Part shown: positions 36,187-48,601 of the stretch, one piece after another
Numbering within the stretch: position 1 is the stretch's first letter
How the letters are laid out: each line of letters opens with the position of its first letter
Source of the DNA: Carpediemonas membranifera BICM
Lineage: Eukaryota; Protista; Fornicata
Assembly (NCBI GenBank): GCA_019828565.1
Contig: JAHDYR010000040.1
Span: forward strand, 121,970-185,969
DNA length: 64,000 nucleotides
Direction of reading: 5' to 3'
Position numbers and translations under genes: made by a program
Notes under the pieces: generated by a model
The model's input: the letters and a program-made list of their open reading frames with translations, nothing else
What the model was told of the DNA's origin: nothing
Databases searched by the model: none

Positions 36187-36949
36187 TATTCCCGAATGAA
36201 GAGTAAACGCCAATCGTATTGTGTTGAGCCGAGCCGAGTTGAGTTAGGTTGTGGAGATACGCGGGCCGCGTCACGAGAACGGAAGAAGAACAGGAGAAGG
36301 CGGGGGAAAGTCTCCAGAGGACCTACGTCGGCCTCTGTTGAGCCGGTGTCAGCCCAAGACGCCGAAGTCTCCGTTGGAAACAACGTCGAGCGGCCTGGGA
36401 TGGCCTCAGTCTCCGGTGGGTCGACTACCACCGTCGAGCGCGCGCATGCTCCGACCGCGCGCCAAGCTTCCGGGTCCGCCACGAGTATGGGTCCAGTCGA
36501 GCCGGCATCAGTCTCCGCCCAGCTGGGCGTCGAGCAGCCGCGAGTCCTCGAGCCCAGCGCCGAGGCATCTCAGGATGCAGTCTCCGGGGGTCAAGCCCCC
36601 GTCGAGCCCGCCGAAGTCGCCCAGGCCCTCGCCACCGTAGAGGGTCGGGCTGCCGTGTTGGAACTGGTCCATGCGGTGATGGCGGACCGGTGGAAGGGAG
36701 CAGATCCATTGTGCGTGGAGACGCTCAAGCAGACACTGAGGGTGGCGCCTCAGGTCCCCTTCCGCCCGGGTGGCGCCTTGGACCCCGACTTCCTAGACGC
36801 CATGAACGCACCAGAGGAGGTCGTCGAGTGGGCCATGAGCGGCTACACGCCGCCGTGGGTGGCACCCCCGCCCCCATTCGATGAGGACTCTGCGGGGTAC
36901 CTCACGGAAGACATGCTGCCCAAGGCGCTCGCGGTGGCGCGCGAGCTCG

Positions 36950-38444
36950 AGGAGGCAGGGTTCACCGAGAGGGTCCCGGATGTCGAGCTAGGGGATATCG
37001 TCACTGGACGATTCCGGCTTGAGATGAAGAAGGACGGCACAATGCGTCCTATCCTCAATGCTCGACATCAGAATACCTACCTGGGCCGCAGGTGCTACTC
37101 CTACGAGCCGCTTCCGCCGCTCTTCCTCCGCGCAGGTGAGGCGGGCACATGGACCTCGAGAAAGGGTTCTTCCAAGTGCCGCTCGCCGAGGGTGAGTGCA
37201 ATCGGTTCGCCTTCCGCCTGGGTGATGACGTCTGGCGCTTCAAGGTGCTGAGCATGGGGTCTTCCACCTCTCCGGAGGCCTTCACGATGCTCACCCAGCC
37301 GGTCGTGGGTCTAGTGCGGGCCCTCGGCGTCTCCGTCGACCACCTCATCGATGACGCCGCCGCAACGGATACCCACGTGGCGATCGGCGCATTCCGTCTT
37401 GCGGGGTTCGCCGAGTCGGCCCGGAAGACCAGGCAGCCAGCCCAACAGGTCGTGTTCCGAGGGTTGGAGTGGCAGGCGGACCCGGAGCAGATGGTCAGGC
37501 TGCCGGCGGATAAGGCAGAGTACCTGGTCCAGGCACTGGAGGGATGGCTACGTCCCGGCGCTGCCCTCAGCATGCAGGAGGCTCGCACGCTGCTAGGCAA
37601 GTTGGAGTTCGCTTACTGGGCCTACCCGATGGTCCGTCTGGGCAGCCCCCATCAGACACTGCCTAGAAGCGACTGAAGCTGGTCACAGGACGCGTGCCAG
37701 GGTCCACCTCGACGAGTTTGCCAAGGCAGCGGCGGCTATGATCGTAGACGCGGCGAAGGCAAACGCCTGGCGGCGCCTAGCCGTCAGGCCGCTCGGCCTT
37801 GTCCTGGCCACAGATGCTTCGGATGGCCAACTCGGAGCGATCGATCTTGGGACTGGTATGATGGCCCAGGAGGGGGCCGACCCCGACGAGATCATCGCGG
37901 CGAAGGAGGTGCAGGCAGCCTCCATGGCGCTCGACCGTCTCGACGTCCGCCCGGGCACCAGCGTAGCGCTGTACATCGACAACACCAACGCGTATCATGC
38001 GCTGAGGAAGGGGTTCACCAAGTCGTCCCCCATCCTGAAGCGCTGCGAGGAGGTGTGGTCGATCGTCCAGCGTCTGGACCTTGACCTTCTAGTATTCTAC
38101 GTCCCGACAACGGAGAACATCGCAGACGCCGTCTCCCGGCTCCAGTACGCGGAGTGTGAGTCGGAGCGGGCGAGCGCGTTGAAGGCATGGCGCCCCGCAC
38201 AGTGCGACGTGAGGGACCTCACCACCAGGTTCTTCTCAACCCAGCAGCCGCACCTTGTCCCACTGATGGTCCCGCCCGCAGAGTGGGTGGGCCGGCCCAG
38301 GAACGAGAGCGGCGCGTCGTACTTCCAGGGGCGGTCGTCACTCGTGCGCGACATCATCATCACCGCCCACGAGTCGGGGCAGTCTGTGACAGAGGGGTCG
38401 GTGGCCCAGCTGGACGAGGTCACCGGACAGGCAGACTTGGCCGG
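36950..38444 (+). pseudogene. DIRS-type reverse transcriptase and RNase H
   Basis: MRPILN, DLEKGFFQV, MGSSTSP, LIDD, LLGKLEF; ATDAS, KE, YIDN, NIADAVSR; frameshifts near 37145 and 37650. Confidence 0.88.
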
Positions 38445-38546
38445 TGTAGTCAATATTAATATCTACCAATATCCCCGGGAGGGTCCAAACCTCTTTTTAC
38501 TTGTAAAACCTATCTCTTCCAAGACTACAGTACTAGTACTTTCCCG

Positions 38547-41500
38547 ATGGATAGAGACGGGAAGAACCAAGCACCACTACTCAAGGAAGCTACTTTCAGG
38601 GCTTTCGTGACGTTTACTACATCATTGCGTGACTTCAAGGCCAGAGGTGGCAAGGCGAAGCTCCGGAAGCTCATCAGTCCGGAGATACAGTCCTACGTAT
38701 GCCAGGTGTTAGGCTTAGAGGCCCTCGAGGACGTCCCGCTTCCTCAGGGTGATCAACAGGGCGACCAACCTTCCACAACATCACGCAAGGTCAAAGAGAG
38801 GACTATTATGCAGCGGCTCGCTGCTGCCTTGCGTCCCACCAGGAAGGAGCAATGTCTGAACCTCATCAGGCTCCGCATCGCGGCATTCACGCCACTCGAG
38901 GTTTCGAGACTGAACTCGCAGTTCAACACCTTGTTCGAGTGCCTTGACCTGGTCGAGGACGACACTATTCGTGAAGCATACTTGCGGGCGTTCGCCGTGA
39001 AGGGCCAGTCCCTTTACTTCAGACTGAAGGAGCAGACCTCGGGGCGCTCACTTGCTGAGACCCAGCAGTATGCCATGAAGACGGCGCGCGACGTAGTCGA
39101 GTCTGCGGAGTACCTCGCTCCGTTCGCTGAGGCCATTCATCCCGACCAGCCGCGCCGTCCGGCAGCTCCTGTGCCAGGCGCCCAACCCCAACGTGCGGAC
39201 AGCCGTGACCGGCGCGACCGCCCATACGACCGTCGTGACCGCCCGTATGACCGCCACCGCCAAGATCGCCCAGACAAGCGGTCCCGCGATCGGGCTCGCC
39301 CCACCAGCACCATGCCGACCTGCTACAACTGCGGGGGCAAGGGCCATTTTAGTCCCGAGTGCCGGAAGCCCAAGGTCAAGTGCGAGAAGTGCGGGCGCGA
39401 GGGCCACAAGAGAGAGTTCTGTGACCGTATAAAGGTCCAGAACTATTCTTATTTGTCTTGTTTCGCGGCGTCTAGCAAACGCAGGGCGCAGGCTCTACCG
39501 ATTGTATCCGGATCTATATACAGGACCAGCACAGAGTCGATGTTATTCGACTGTGGCGCGTCAGCAACCTTCATATCGCCGCAGGTAGCTGAGAAGTCCG
39601 GCGGAAGGATCCTGCATTGTGACCCGGTCGAGGTGACGACACCGGCTGGAGTCATCACAGTCGACCAGACTGTTCCGATCGAAGTAACCTTTGCTAAGTC
39701 AGCTCTTATCCCCCGTGGGTGCACCTTCACTACCCGTGCGTATCTTCTACCCTCAGAGTATGATTTAATCATTGGATACCCTGATATGGTCACCCTAGGG
39801 ATCCTCCCACAGATTGACGACTGCGAGGGGTCTGACACCCAAGACGCCGAGCAGGCTGAAGACGTCTCAACGGTCATTACTCCCCAGAAGCTGAGCCTAT
39901 TCACCTTGTCTGACAAGTCATCTTCCCTTCAGGACAGACTGCTCGCGCGGTTTGACGGCCTGTTCGAGGACAGAGTAGGGCGTCCGAGTAAGCTCATCCC
40001 TTACGATCTAGTCTTGTCTGATGATGAACCCGTCTTTAGCCGCGAGTTCTTCATGCCGCCGGAGAAGAAGACACTTCTCCAGGAACACCTTGACGACCTA
40101 TCCCGGCATGGCTTCATCCAGCCATCAACGTCGGCTTACTCCTCACCGGCATTCTTAGTCCCAAAGGGGAAGGACCGTACCCGGTTCGTTATCGACTTCC
40201 GTTTGGTCAACGCGAAGACTCCCCCATTCAACTACCCTATCCCGATCATAGAGGATTGCCTTGCTAGGCTTAGGGGTAATACCATCTTTGCTACGCTCGA
40301 CTGTAAGGCAGGCTACCATCAGGTGGCACTGACGGACCGTTCCCGTCCCCTGACCACTTTCGGGACCCCCCTCGGACGGTTTGAGTACACGACTATGCCC
40401 TTCGGTCTGCGTAACGCTGGCTCACATTTCCAGTGGGCCATGGAGCAGGCTTTCTCCGACCTGATCTCGGCGGGCAAGTGCCTGATTTACATCGATGACA
40501 TTATTGTCATGGGTCGGGATGAGCCTTCGTACATAAGGAACCTATGGGACGTCCTGAAACGCTGCCAAGAGTATGACCTACACTTAGGCCGCGATAAGTG
40601 TGTCTTCGCCGCGGCTGAGGTCGAGTTCCTGGGTCGACTCGTGTCCGGAGACACCGTGAGGATTGCCGAAGACCGCATTGACGACATTAAGAAGCTGAAA
40701 CTACCGACCAGCAAGCGGTCCGCACAGGCACTCGTCGGTTTCCTCAATTATTTCCGTGACTTCGTGCCCAACTTCGCGTCCCGAGCTCATCCTCTGTTGC
40801 AGGTGTCGGCTGGCAAGGCCGAACCCGGTGGGCCGGGTCAGCAAGCGGCCCTGGGCGACGTTATCGCCGAGCTCCTTAAGCGGGTCTCCCTCGTTCACTT
40901 CAAGACGGACGCGACACATGTCCTCATGACCGATGCCTCAGACGTGGGATGCGGCGCCGTATTACTACAGGACGGGCAGCCGATCGCTTTCATGTCCCAC
41001 GCATTCTCCGCGGTCCAGACTAGGTGGAGTACCACAGAGCAGGAAGCCTACGCAATCATCCTGGCAGTCCAGCGTTGGCGGAAATTCCTCTCGTGGACTC
41101 ACTTTACCATCCGTACTGATCATCGCAACCTGCTGTTCATGGCCAAGTCCATCAACCCTGTTCGTTTCGCAGACGAAACGGGGGGTGAAGCTTTACAAGC
41201 AAAACAAAAAGACGATTCGGGACCCTGCCCGGGGATCGGATCGGATCATCAATCAAATAAATATTTGATTGAAGTGCCGCGCTGACACTTCCCTCCCAGT
41301 GGTAACGACCACGAGTAACGGGCGCGGCGGCGAGGACTGGTCTATGATATTTCATCCGAAACCCATCAAATGCTATGGTTTGATTAGATAGTTGAGCGTG
41401 AAGACGAACAACTCCATTGAAGGAGGTTATTGAGCTAAAGAGCTCCTAGGTGCTGAAAATGACCTCCATTGGCCTCAATAGGCCCTCGTTGGCGAGATAC

Positions 41501-44500
41501 GAGAACTTTCACGAAAGCTTCGGATCTTCGACGGGATTCTTCCTCGCAAGCGGTCCATTAGTCTCAATTAAGCAACATCAAGCTTCTCAGACAGCAGTTT
41601 ATAGTTTAGGACGTGCTAAGGTCCCGATCAGATGGGGATCATCATCGCCAGCGGCGACGACGAGCCAGCGCCTCGAGGGGTGCCACAGCCGTCGGGTGAT
41701 CCAGTAGATAGGCGTCCAGGGCTTGCAGGCGGTAGTTCTCCTGGTTTAGCGGGATCCAGGAGTCCTCCTCGGGCTCATAACCCTTCCAGCGGACACGGAG
41801 ACGGCGACCCTTCATGTCGAGGTCCTTGACGGACTCGACCTCGAACTCACGGTCTTGGCGGGCTACGAGTGCCCGAAGTTCTGCGAGTGACTGGCCTCGG
41901 CGGCGGTGGAAAGGCCGGAGGCGCTCTGACGCGACGGTGAACTGGTCGGCGTCGTCGGTGAGGGACTGAATGATGACCGATCCCTTGACCTTCCCCTCCT
42001 GTATGACGCGGAACGGGCCGCGCCACTTCATGGCCAGCTTCATCGGCTTGATGGGGGCCAGCAGTACGAGGCTCCCGCTGGTATAAGCTCGGTAGGTCGT
42101 GGACGCAACACGGCCGAGCTTCTTGGCATGGTCGCGGGAGACAGAGTTCCTGGCTCGTGTGTAGCGCTCCTCCCGACTCTGAGTATCCTTGTGGAAGCCG
42201 TCGTGACCAAAGAGGAGGGTCAACGGGGACTGATGGGTCACGGGGTGTACTCGCGAGTTGAGTATGAGGGCCACTTGCGGGAGCATGTCGCTCCAAGCGG
42301 CTTCGTGTTCATCTACGAGCGTCCTCATGTGACGGGCGATCTCAGCATTCATGCGTTCGACCTTTCCGTTTGCTTGGGGGTGGTACGGCGTAGAGAAGCG
42401 GTGTTCGATCGTGAGGCTTCTTGTGAGCTCTTCGATTAAACTGTTCTTGTACTGCGAGCCTTGGTCCGTCTGTATGAACTCCGGCACGCCGAACGCGGCG
42501 CAGAACTTGTAGATTGCGTCGGCGGCGTCTTTTGCTGACGTAGTGTGCGTCGGGAATAGAGAAACGTGTCGAGAGAACGCGTCTACGATCACGACAACGT
42601 ACTTCTGGCCGTGTTCGTCCTGGGCAAACGGGCCCAGGGTGTCGACCTGGACGGACTGGAAGGGTATTGTCCGCAGGTCTGGGTGTTGGGGGACCGGCAA
42701 GCGCTGGCCTGGGCGGACACGCTGGCACTCGGTGCACGTTGTGAAGAAAGCTCGGGCATCCTCCCACATGCCGGGCCACTGGACGCCCGCCTTTCGCAGA
42801 CGGCGTATCATCTCGGGGGGGCCCACATGACCAACCGCGGTGTTGTGCACCTTGGTGAGCTCAGCTTGTGGGTCGATCATGACGAAGTCCTCGCCTCTCC
42901 CGTTCACGTGCACAGCGTAGACAGTGTCGACGTTGAGGTCGGGGAGGACACGAGATAGGGCGTCTGCTACCGTGTTAGCCTCGCCAGCGACATGTTCGAG
43001 AGTAAACGTGAATTCGTTCATCGTAATGCGCCAGCGAGCGATCTTCGCGTTCTGAGGGTACTTCTTCCGGATAAATACCAGGTTACGGTGATCGGTGTGG
43101 ACGTGGAGCTTGGGATGGCACTTCAGGAGCGGCGTCAACTCGGAGGAGGAGAGGGCGTGTAGGATTCCATATAACTCCTGCTCATATGTGGACCATGCCT
43201 TCTGTGTGGTCGTGAAGCTCTTGGCGAAGAATGCCACTACTTCAGCGTCCGGCGCGTCGGGTCGGCCTTGGATAAGTACACCGCCTACTCCCCTGCGTTG
43301 AGGCGTCGGTGAACAGATGCCACTCCTTCGACAGGTCGGGATAGGCCAGGGTGACCCGGGAGCGGACCTGCTCTTTAAGGCAGGTGAGGGCATGCTCGTG
43401 GCGAGCCTCCCAGGTGATGGTGACCGTCTTGCTGCGGTTCTTGGAGCCTGCCTTTGCGGGGACGCCCGCCAAGAGCTCCGACAGCGTCGCGAGGTGTTTC
43501 TGAGCTTGGGGGAGGTGTCGGGCCACATAGTTGAACTTACCCAGCACCATGCGCAGCTCCTTCAGGTTGCCAGGGCTACGGAGCTCCGTGAGAGCCTTGA
43601 TGCGGTCTTCGGTCACTCTGATGCCCTGTTTGTCCATGATGAACCCAACAGAAGTGATCTCTGAGGCACCGAGCGTGCATTTGGCGGCTCCGAGGCGGAG
43701 GCGGGCCTTCCGGAGGAGCTCGAAGACGCAGCCAAGGATCGTCATGAATTCCTTGGGAGACCTAGCATAGATGAGGACGTCGTCTAGGTATACTTCCACG
43801 CCACGGTGGAGCACGGGTGCTAGTACTGTTTGCATGATGCGTTGGAAATAGGACGGGGCACGGGTGAGGCCGAAGGGGACCCGGCGGTACTGGAAGTATC
43901 CGTCGGGTGTGACAAAGGCTGACAGCGGACGGTCTTCCTCTCGAAGTGGGGCCTGGTGATAGCCTTGCTTGAGGTCTAGCGAGGCAAACACCGTGCAGCC
44001 TGCGGCTGCGCGAAGGAACTCCCGGATGTTAGGTAGCGGGAAGTTGTCTGGCGGCGTCAGGCGGTTGATCTGCGTGTAATCAACGCACAGTCTCATGCGT
44101 CCGTCCTTCTTTCCGACCACAACAATGGGGCTGGCCCAAGGGCCTTGGCTCGGCTCGATGATGCCGGCCTGAAGGAGGCGCTCGCATTCAGCATCGACTG
44201 CGTCTCTGGCCTGCGGGGCAAGACGGCGCGGTGCAGACTGGACTAGAGGGCATCTTCCGCGATGGGGATGTGCATCGGCGGCACATTGGCGCCCTCTGGG
44301 GGAATATCGCTGAAGAGCTCGGCGTATTGATTCACGAGCTCAACTATCTCCGGGCGGAGGTCGTCGTTCGGGATCTGAATGAGCGATAGCGGGTCCTCGG
44401 TGGCTGGAGCGATGGAGAACACAGGTAGCGGGATATCGTCATCCTTGGGGTTGTCGGGCTGGGCGCTGAGCTTCAGGAATAGCTCGTCCTTACACAGGAC

Positions 44501-47458
44501 TCCCAGGCTCCGTAGCGTGTCGGTCCCAATCAGAACCTTCTGAGATTGTCCGGGAATGACGGCGGCGATGATCGTGGTGTGGACCGGGCTACCGACTAGG
44601 GTGGCAGTGAGGGAGGTCTCGATGAACTCATCCACAGATAGGGTACTGCCGAAGGCCGGGGTGGCCGTGATGGGCTCTCGGGCGACGAGTTTGGCGCTCT
44701 TGGCCTCAAGAAGCATGTGCGCGAGAGGCTCGGTGATACACGTGACGGAAGCACCGGTATCGATGATGGCGCGCATAGAAATGTCACCGATCGCGGCTTC
44801 CACGGTAAGAGGTCCCGTGGACGCGGAGGTATCACCGTCTAAGAGGAAAACCTCATGATCTTCGACCTGTTCTCCATTATCGAGGGTGTTCACCACGCGA
44901 GGGGCACTTTGGCGAGCGGTGTTGCCTCTGGCGGGGCGAAGGGATCCATTCTCTCGGTTCCATGCTCTGCGGCCTGCGCGATAATCGGGAGCCCTGAAAT
45001 TTCCAGGGGATTCGCGTGGCTGGGCGAAGGTCTGGCGTCTCTGGTCGGGATTATTCCGCGGCTGATCCTGGCGGCCCGGGTTGGGTCCGGTCAGCGGCTT
45101 GGGACGATAGGGGGTTATGGGGCCCTGACGCTGCGGCCCAGTGGGGGCATGGCCCCGACCCGCGTAGTATCCGAAGCGCTGGGCCTTCTCGCGGGCCTCG
45201 TCATCTTCGTCCGCGATCTTGAGAGTTAGCTGGATGAGGTCCTGCAGAGAGGACGGACGTTCTACACGTTGGGCATAGTCAACGGCATCTCTGAAGGCGG
45301 CGGGCCTCAAGCCCTGCGCAAAGATGCGCTGATGAGCCCGAGAGGCCGACGTGGTCTCGCTGGCGGCCGGAACGGTGGTATCGGCCGGGGGCTCTGGTTC
45401 GGTGCCGTCAGTGTTCCCGGCGAGGATGGATTCGTCCGCCTCAGGGGTAGCTGGCGGGGTGGCCATGAACTCCGCAGAGCCCAGGACATCTGTAAACGCA
45501 CGAGCATAAGCTCGGATAAGGTTGGCGCGCGACACGGCGTGGTTCGCATCCACCTGGCACTTCACGGCCTCCAGACGGAGGCGGAGGTCTTGAGGGTCTC
45601 GGGGCGCCAAGAGCTGGTTAACCCAGCGGATTACGTCGTCGTCGGACTGAGAGGCCAGCGAAACGTTGTGCTGGACCTCTAGGGCACCTTGGAGTTCAGC
45701 GTCTAGGAAGGCAGCGTATGTGGCTGCGGGGTAGAAGATTTTGAACTGGATCATCGTTCTCTTGAAGTTGGCCCAGGTCTTTGGGCTCAATTCTTGTAGT
45801 GCTAGTTTAGGAACCGGCACAGGAACGTTCTGCATCAAACTAGTATTAATACTGTTCGTTTCGCAGACGAAACGGGGGGTGAAGCTTTACAAGCAAAACA
45901 AAAAGACGATTCGGGACCCTGCCCGGGGATCGGATCGGATCATCAATCAAATAAATATTTGATTGAAGTGCCGCGCTGACAACCCCAAGGTCCGTCGATG
46001 GTACGACCAACTGGCTGACCTCGATTTTACCATACGTCACGTTCCGGGGGTTGACAACGGGGCAGCAGACGGCCTCTCTCGCGTGTTCGCTAACACTCTC
46101 GATACCCAAGTCGCGGACAAGCTGCAGAAGGCGCACCACTTTGCCGGGGCCCACTTATCCGCCTGGGCGACCAAGAACCTTCTTCGAGACTGGGGCGTGC
46201 GCGTCCGCCAGAAGGACGTGGACGACTACATCGCCAAGTGCCCAATATGCCAGTTAAGGCGTAAGCCCCCAGCCTCATCCGACGCGGGTTTGCACACCGC
46301 GGTCGAACACCCCTTCGACCGAGTGGCCATGGACACTATGTCCGCCACCCCGTGCACGGTCGACGGTACTGTGCCGGGGCGAAGAGATTGGAACATTTAC
46401 ATAAACTGCGGACGTGGATGCCTTATGACAGTACGACCTATAAGTATGTCCTCGTCGTCATAGACATGTGCTCACGTTGGACTGAGCTGATTCCGCTCCA
46501 GACTACCCGAGCGGTCGAGACGTCTAGGGCGTTCGTCAATAACTGGGTCCTCCGGTATGGCGTACCAAAGGTACTGCAGACGGATGGGGGATCCCAATTC
46601 GTCAACGCGGTCTTTAACGACCTGAGTGCCCGACTCGGGTTCACGACGAGGAAGACGACGGCTCACCACCCTCAGTCGAATGGTTTAGTTGAGCGAGCGA
46701 ATGTTTCGGTGAAGTCCATCCTGACAGCGCGTCGTTACCAGTTTAGATCCAATGATTGGGTCCACAGCTTACCGATTGCTCAGTACCTTGTTAACTCGAC
46801 CCCTCGAGTCCCTACTCGACTCTCCCCAGCCGAGATCCTGTATGGTACCGAGATGCGGGTGCCGAAGGACATCACCTTCATCGCGCCGAGCGAGACATAT
46901 ATCGTCGACCAACAGGAGGACTGGCTGTCTGAGGCCAAGGCGTACCGGCTCATGGCTGCCGAGCGTATTAAGAGCAAGCGGTTACTACAACAGTATAGGC
47001 CGGACACCCGCGCTACTGTCGCGACTCCCTACGTCCTGGTGGCTTACCCCGACAGACCTCCCGACAAATTCGCCGCCGGGCTGCGTGGCCCAATGGCGTT
47101 AGTGTCTGTGCACCAGGAGTACAACAAAGTTGTTGCATACACTGTGCGAGACCTTGAATCACTGAAGCAGTTCCGAGTCGACGCCTCCCGAGTCCTCCCA
47201 TTCGATCACGGCGACATGTCCTTGGAGCAAGTTGCTCGCTTGGCTAACACAGTGGCGGCCGAGTACGTACCGAGCAAGATCGTGAAGTCCCGGCCCGAGT
47301 CTGGTCCGGTCGAGAGTCGCGAATACCTGGTCGAGTGGCAGGGCTATGAGCCAGACGAGGCGTCGTGGGAACCATTCGAGAATGTCGATGGCTGTGACAA
47401 GTTTGAAGACTTTCTTGAGCAGAGAGGCTTACACCGTGCTGCGCACTCCAGGCAGTAA
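38547..47458 (+). CDS. gag-pol of element D, interrupted by two insertions; 38547-41158 + 45986-46369 + 46435-47458 restores one frame of 1339 aa
   Basis: Two CCHC knuckles, FDCGA, YIDD, TDAS, SINP|KVRRW junction, HHFAGAH...CPIC, DG|TTYKY junction, YLVEWQGY...SWEP chromodomain. Confidence 0.93.
41159..45981 (-). mobile_element. Chromodomain Ty3/Gypsy element E, 129-bp identical LTRs
   Basis: LTRs 41159-41287 and 45853-45981; TSD ACCC; PPT GGGAGGGAAG; palindrome AGTATTAATACT at 45842-45853. Confidence 0.96.
41642..45835 (-). pseudogene. gag-pol of element E with frameshifts near 44245 and 43290
   Basis: IIDTGA, VPFGL, YLDD, TDAS, HNTAVGH...CTEC, WRGPF, VRWKGYEPEEDSW. Confidence 0.93.
46370..46430 (+). 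repeat. 61-bp solo LTR-like insertion in the integrase of element D
   Basis: TGT...ACA termini; GTAC duplicated at 46366-46369 and 46431-46434; removal restores the integrase frame. Confidence 0.88.
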
Positions 47459-47477
47459 ACGGATTCTCAGTCAAGAT

Positions 47478-48601
47478 TTATTGATAGTCGTCATCGGATT
47501 CGTCGTCAGGACCGTTGATCCAGTCCTCAAGCCCGAAGTCCACCAGGTACTCGCGGACCACGGTGACCGCAGCAAGGGTTGAGTCCAGACCAGTGCACGT
47601 GGGGGCGGTGTAGCCCTCGTACTGCACATGTAGGATGAGGCGACGGTCAGGGCCAGCGGTCAGGATTTCATGACCTAACACATCCAGGACGTCATACTCA
47701 CGCTCAGGGTCAGAGACCTGCAGGGCCAGGCCGAGGCGTTGCGGCAGGGATGGGAGTTCGTCCATGAGGCGGAGGTTGGCTACCAGGGCGGCCCAATGGG
47801 CTTGGGTCACCGAGACGTGATCGGAGCGCTCGCCGTGGAGGAACAGACGGTAGTACTCCGGCGCGAGAGCCAGGACGACCACGCGATAGAGGGTCTGGCG
47901 AGCCATGCTGGAGCCACAGCCGAGTGCACGGCCGAGCGCTGACAGGACCTGGGGGCTGACGTACTGGTTGGAGGTACCGTCACTCTTCAGGTGGAACACG
48001 CCGGCGGAAATGGCGGCGCGGACGATGTCCGAGTCGGTCTGACCCCGGCTGCCCGAGCGCTCACGGAGGAAGCGCAAGGCGCGGTGCTCCCTCTGGAGCT
48101 GCACCAGCAGAGTGGCCGAGATGTCGAGGAGGGCGCCCGCATCCCCGCTCCAGAGCGTGCCGGTGGATAGATGGTCGAAGATGGCTTCAAGGGGCACCTC
48201 AACGAAGTTGACATACCCCGCAAGGCAATCACGCACCACAGCGGACAGCAGAGGGTCGCGGTGGGTGAAGCAACCCTGCATGGCACCGCCCGCAGGCACC
48301 CGACAGAGATCTCTGGCGGAAGTTGCCGGCACTACGATCGAGCTGTGTAAGAGGACCGGAGGTGCACAAACCGTTTCAGGGGGTTCTTCGACGCATCTCC
48401 ACAGCGCTTACGGATAGCCTTCTGTTGAAGAGCGCTCAGGGATCGGGCCTTATGACGCTGACAACGAGCGATCGTCGCTAAGGCGTTATCGAGTACCTTA
48501 CGGAAATCAGCATCGGCTAATTCGCCTGAAAGCTCGCGAATCTTATCGAGGGCGCGCGTATCCTCCATGTTTGGCCGCTTTTTCTTAGGAAAAAGCGACA
48601 T
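47478..48601 (-). CDS. Antisense accessory gene of element D: NLS-like N-terminus, C-terminal chromodomain-like region, 29-nt intron 48343-48371
   Basis: GTTTG...TACACAG intron joins ORFs 48332-48652 and 47478-48332 in frame (364 aa from ATG 48601); PKKKRP; EYDVLDVLGH...LHVQYEGY. Confidence 0.75.

Noticed and set aside
38445-38546. tRNA PBS or Tf1-type self-priming
   Set aside because: No TGG directly after the LTRs, and I saw no complement of the post-LTR sequence within the LTRs by eye.
34200-44250. Programmed gag-pol frameshifts in elements C and E
   Set aside because: The shifts fall after the protease or inside RT/RNase H, and elements B and D have single frames; treated as decay or assembly indels.
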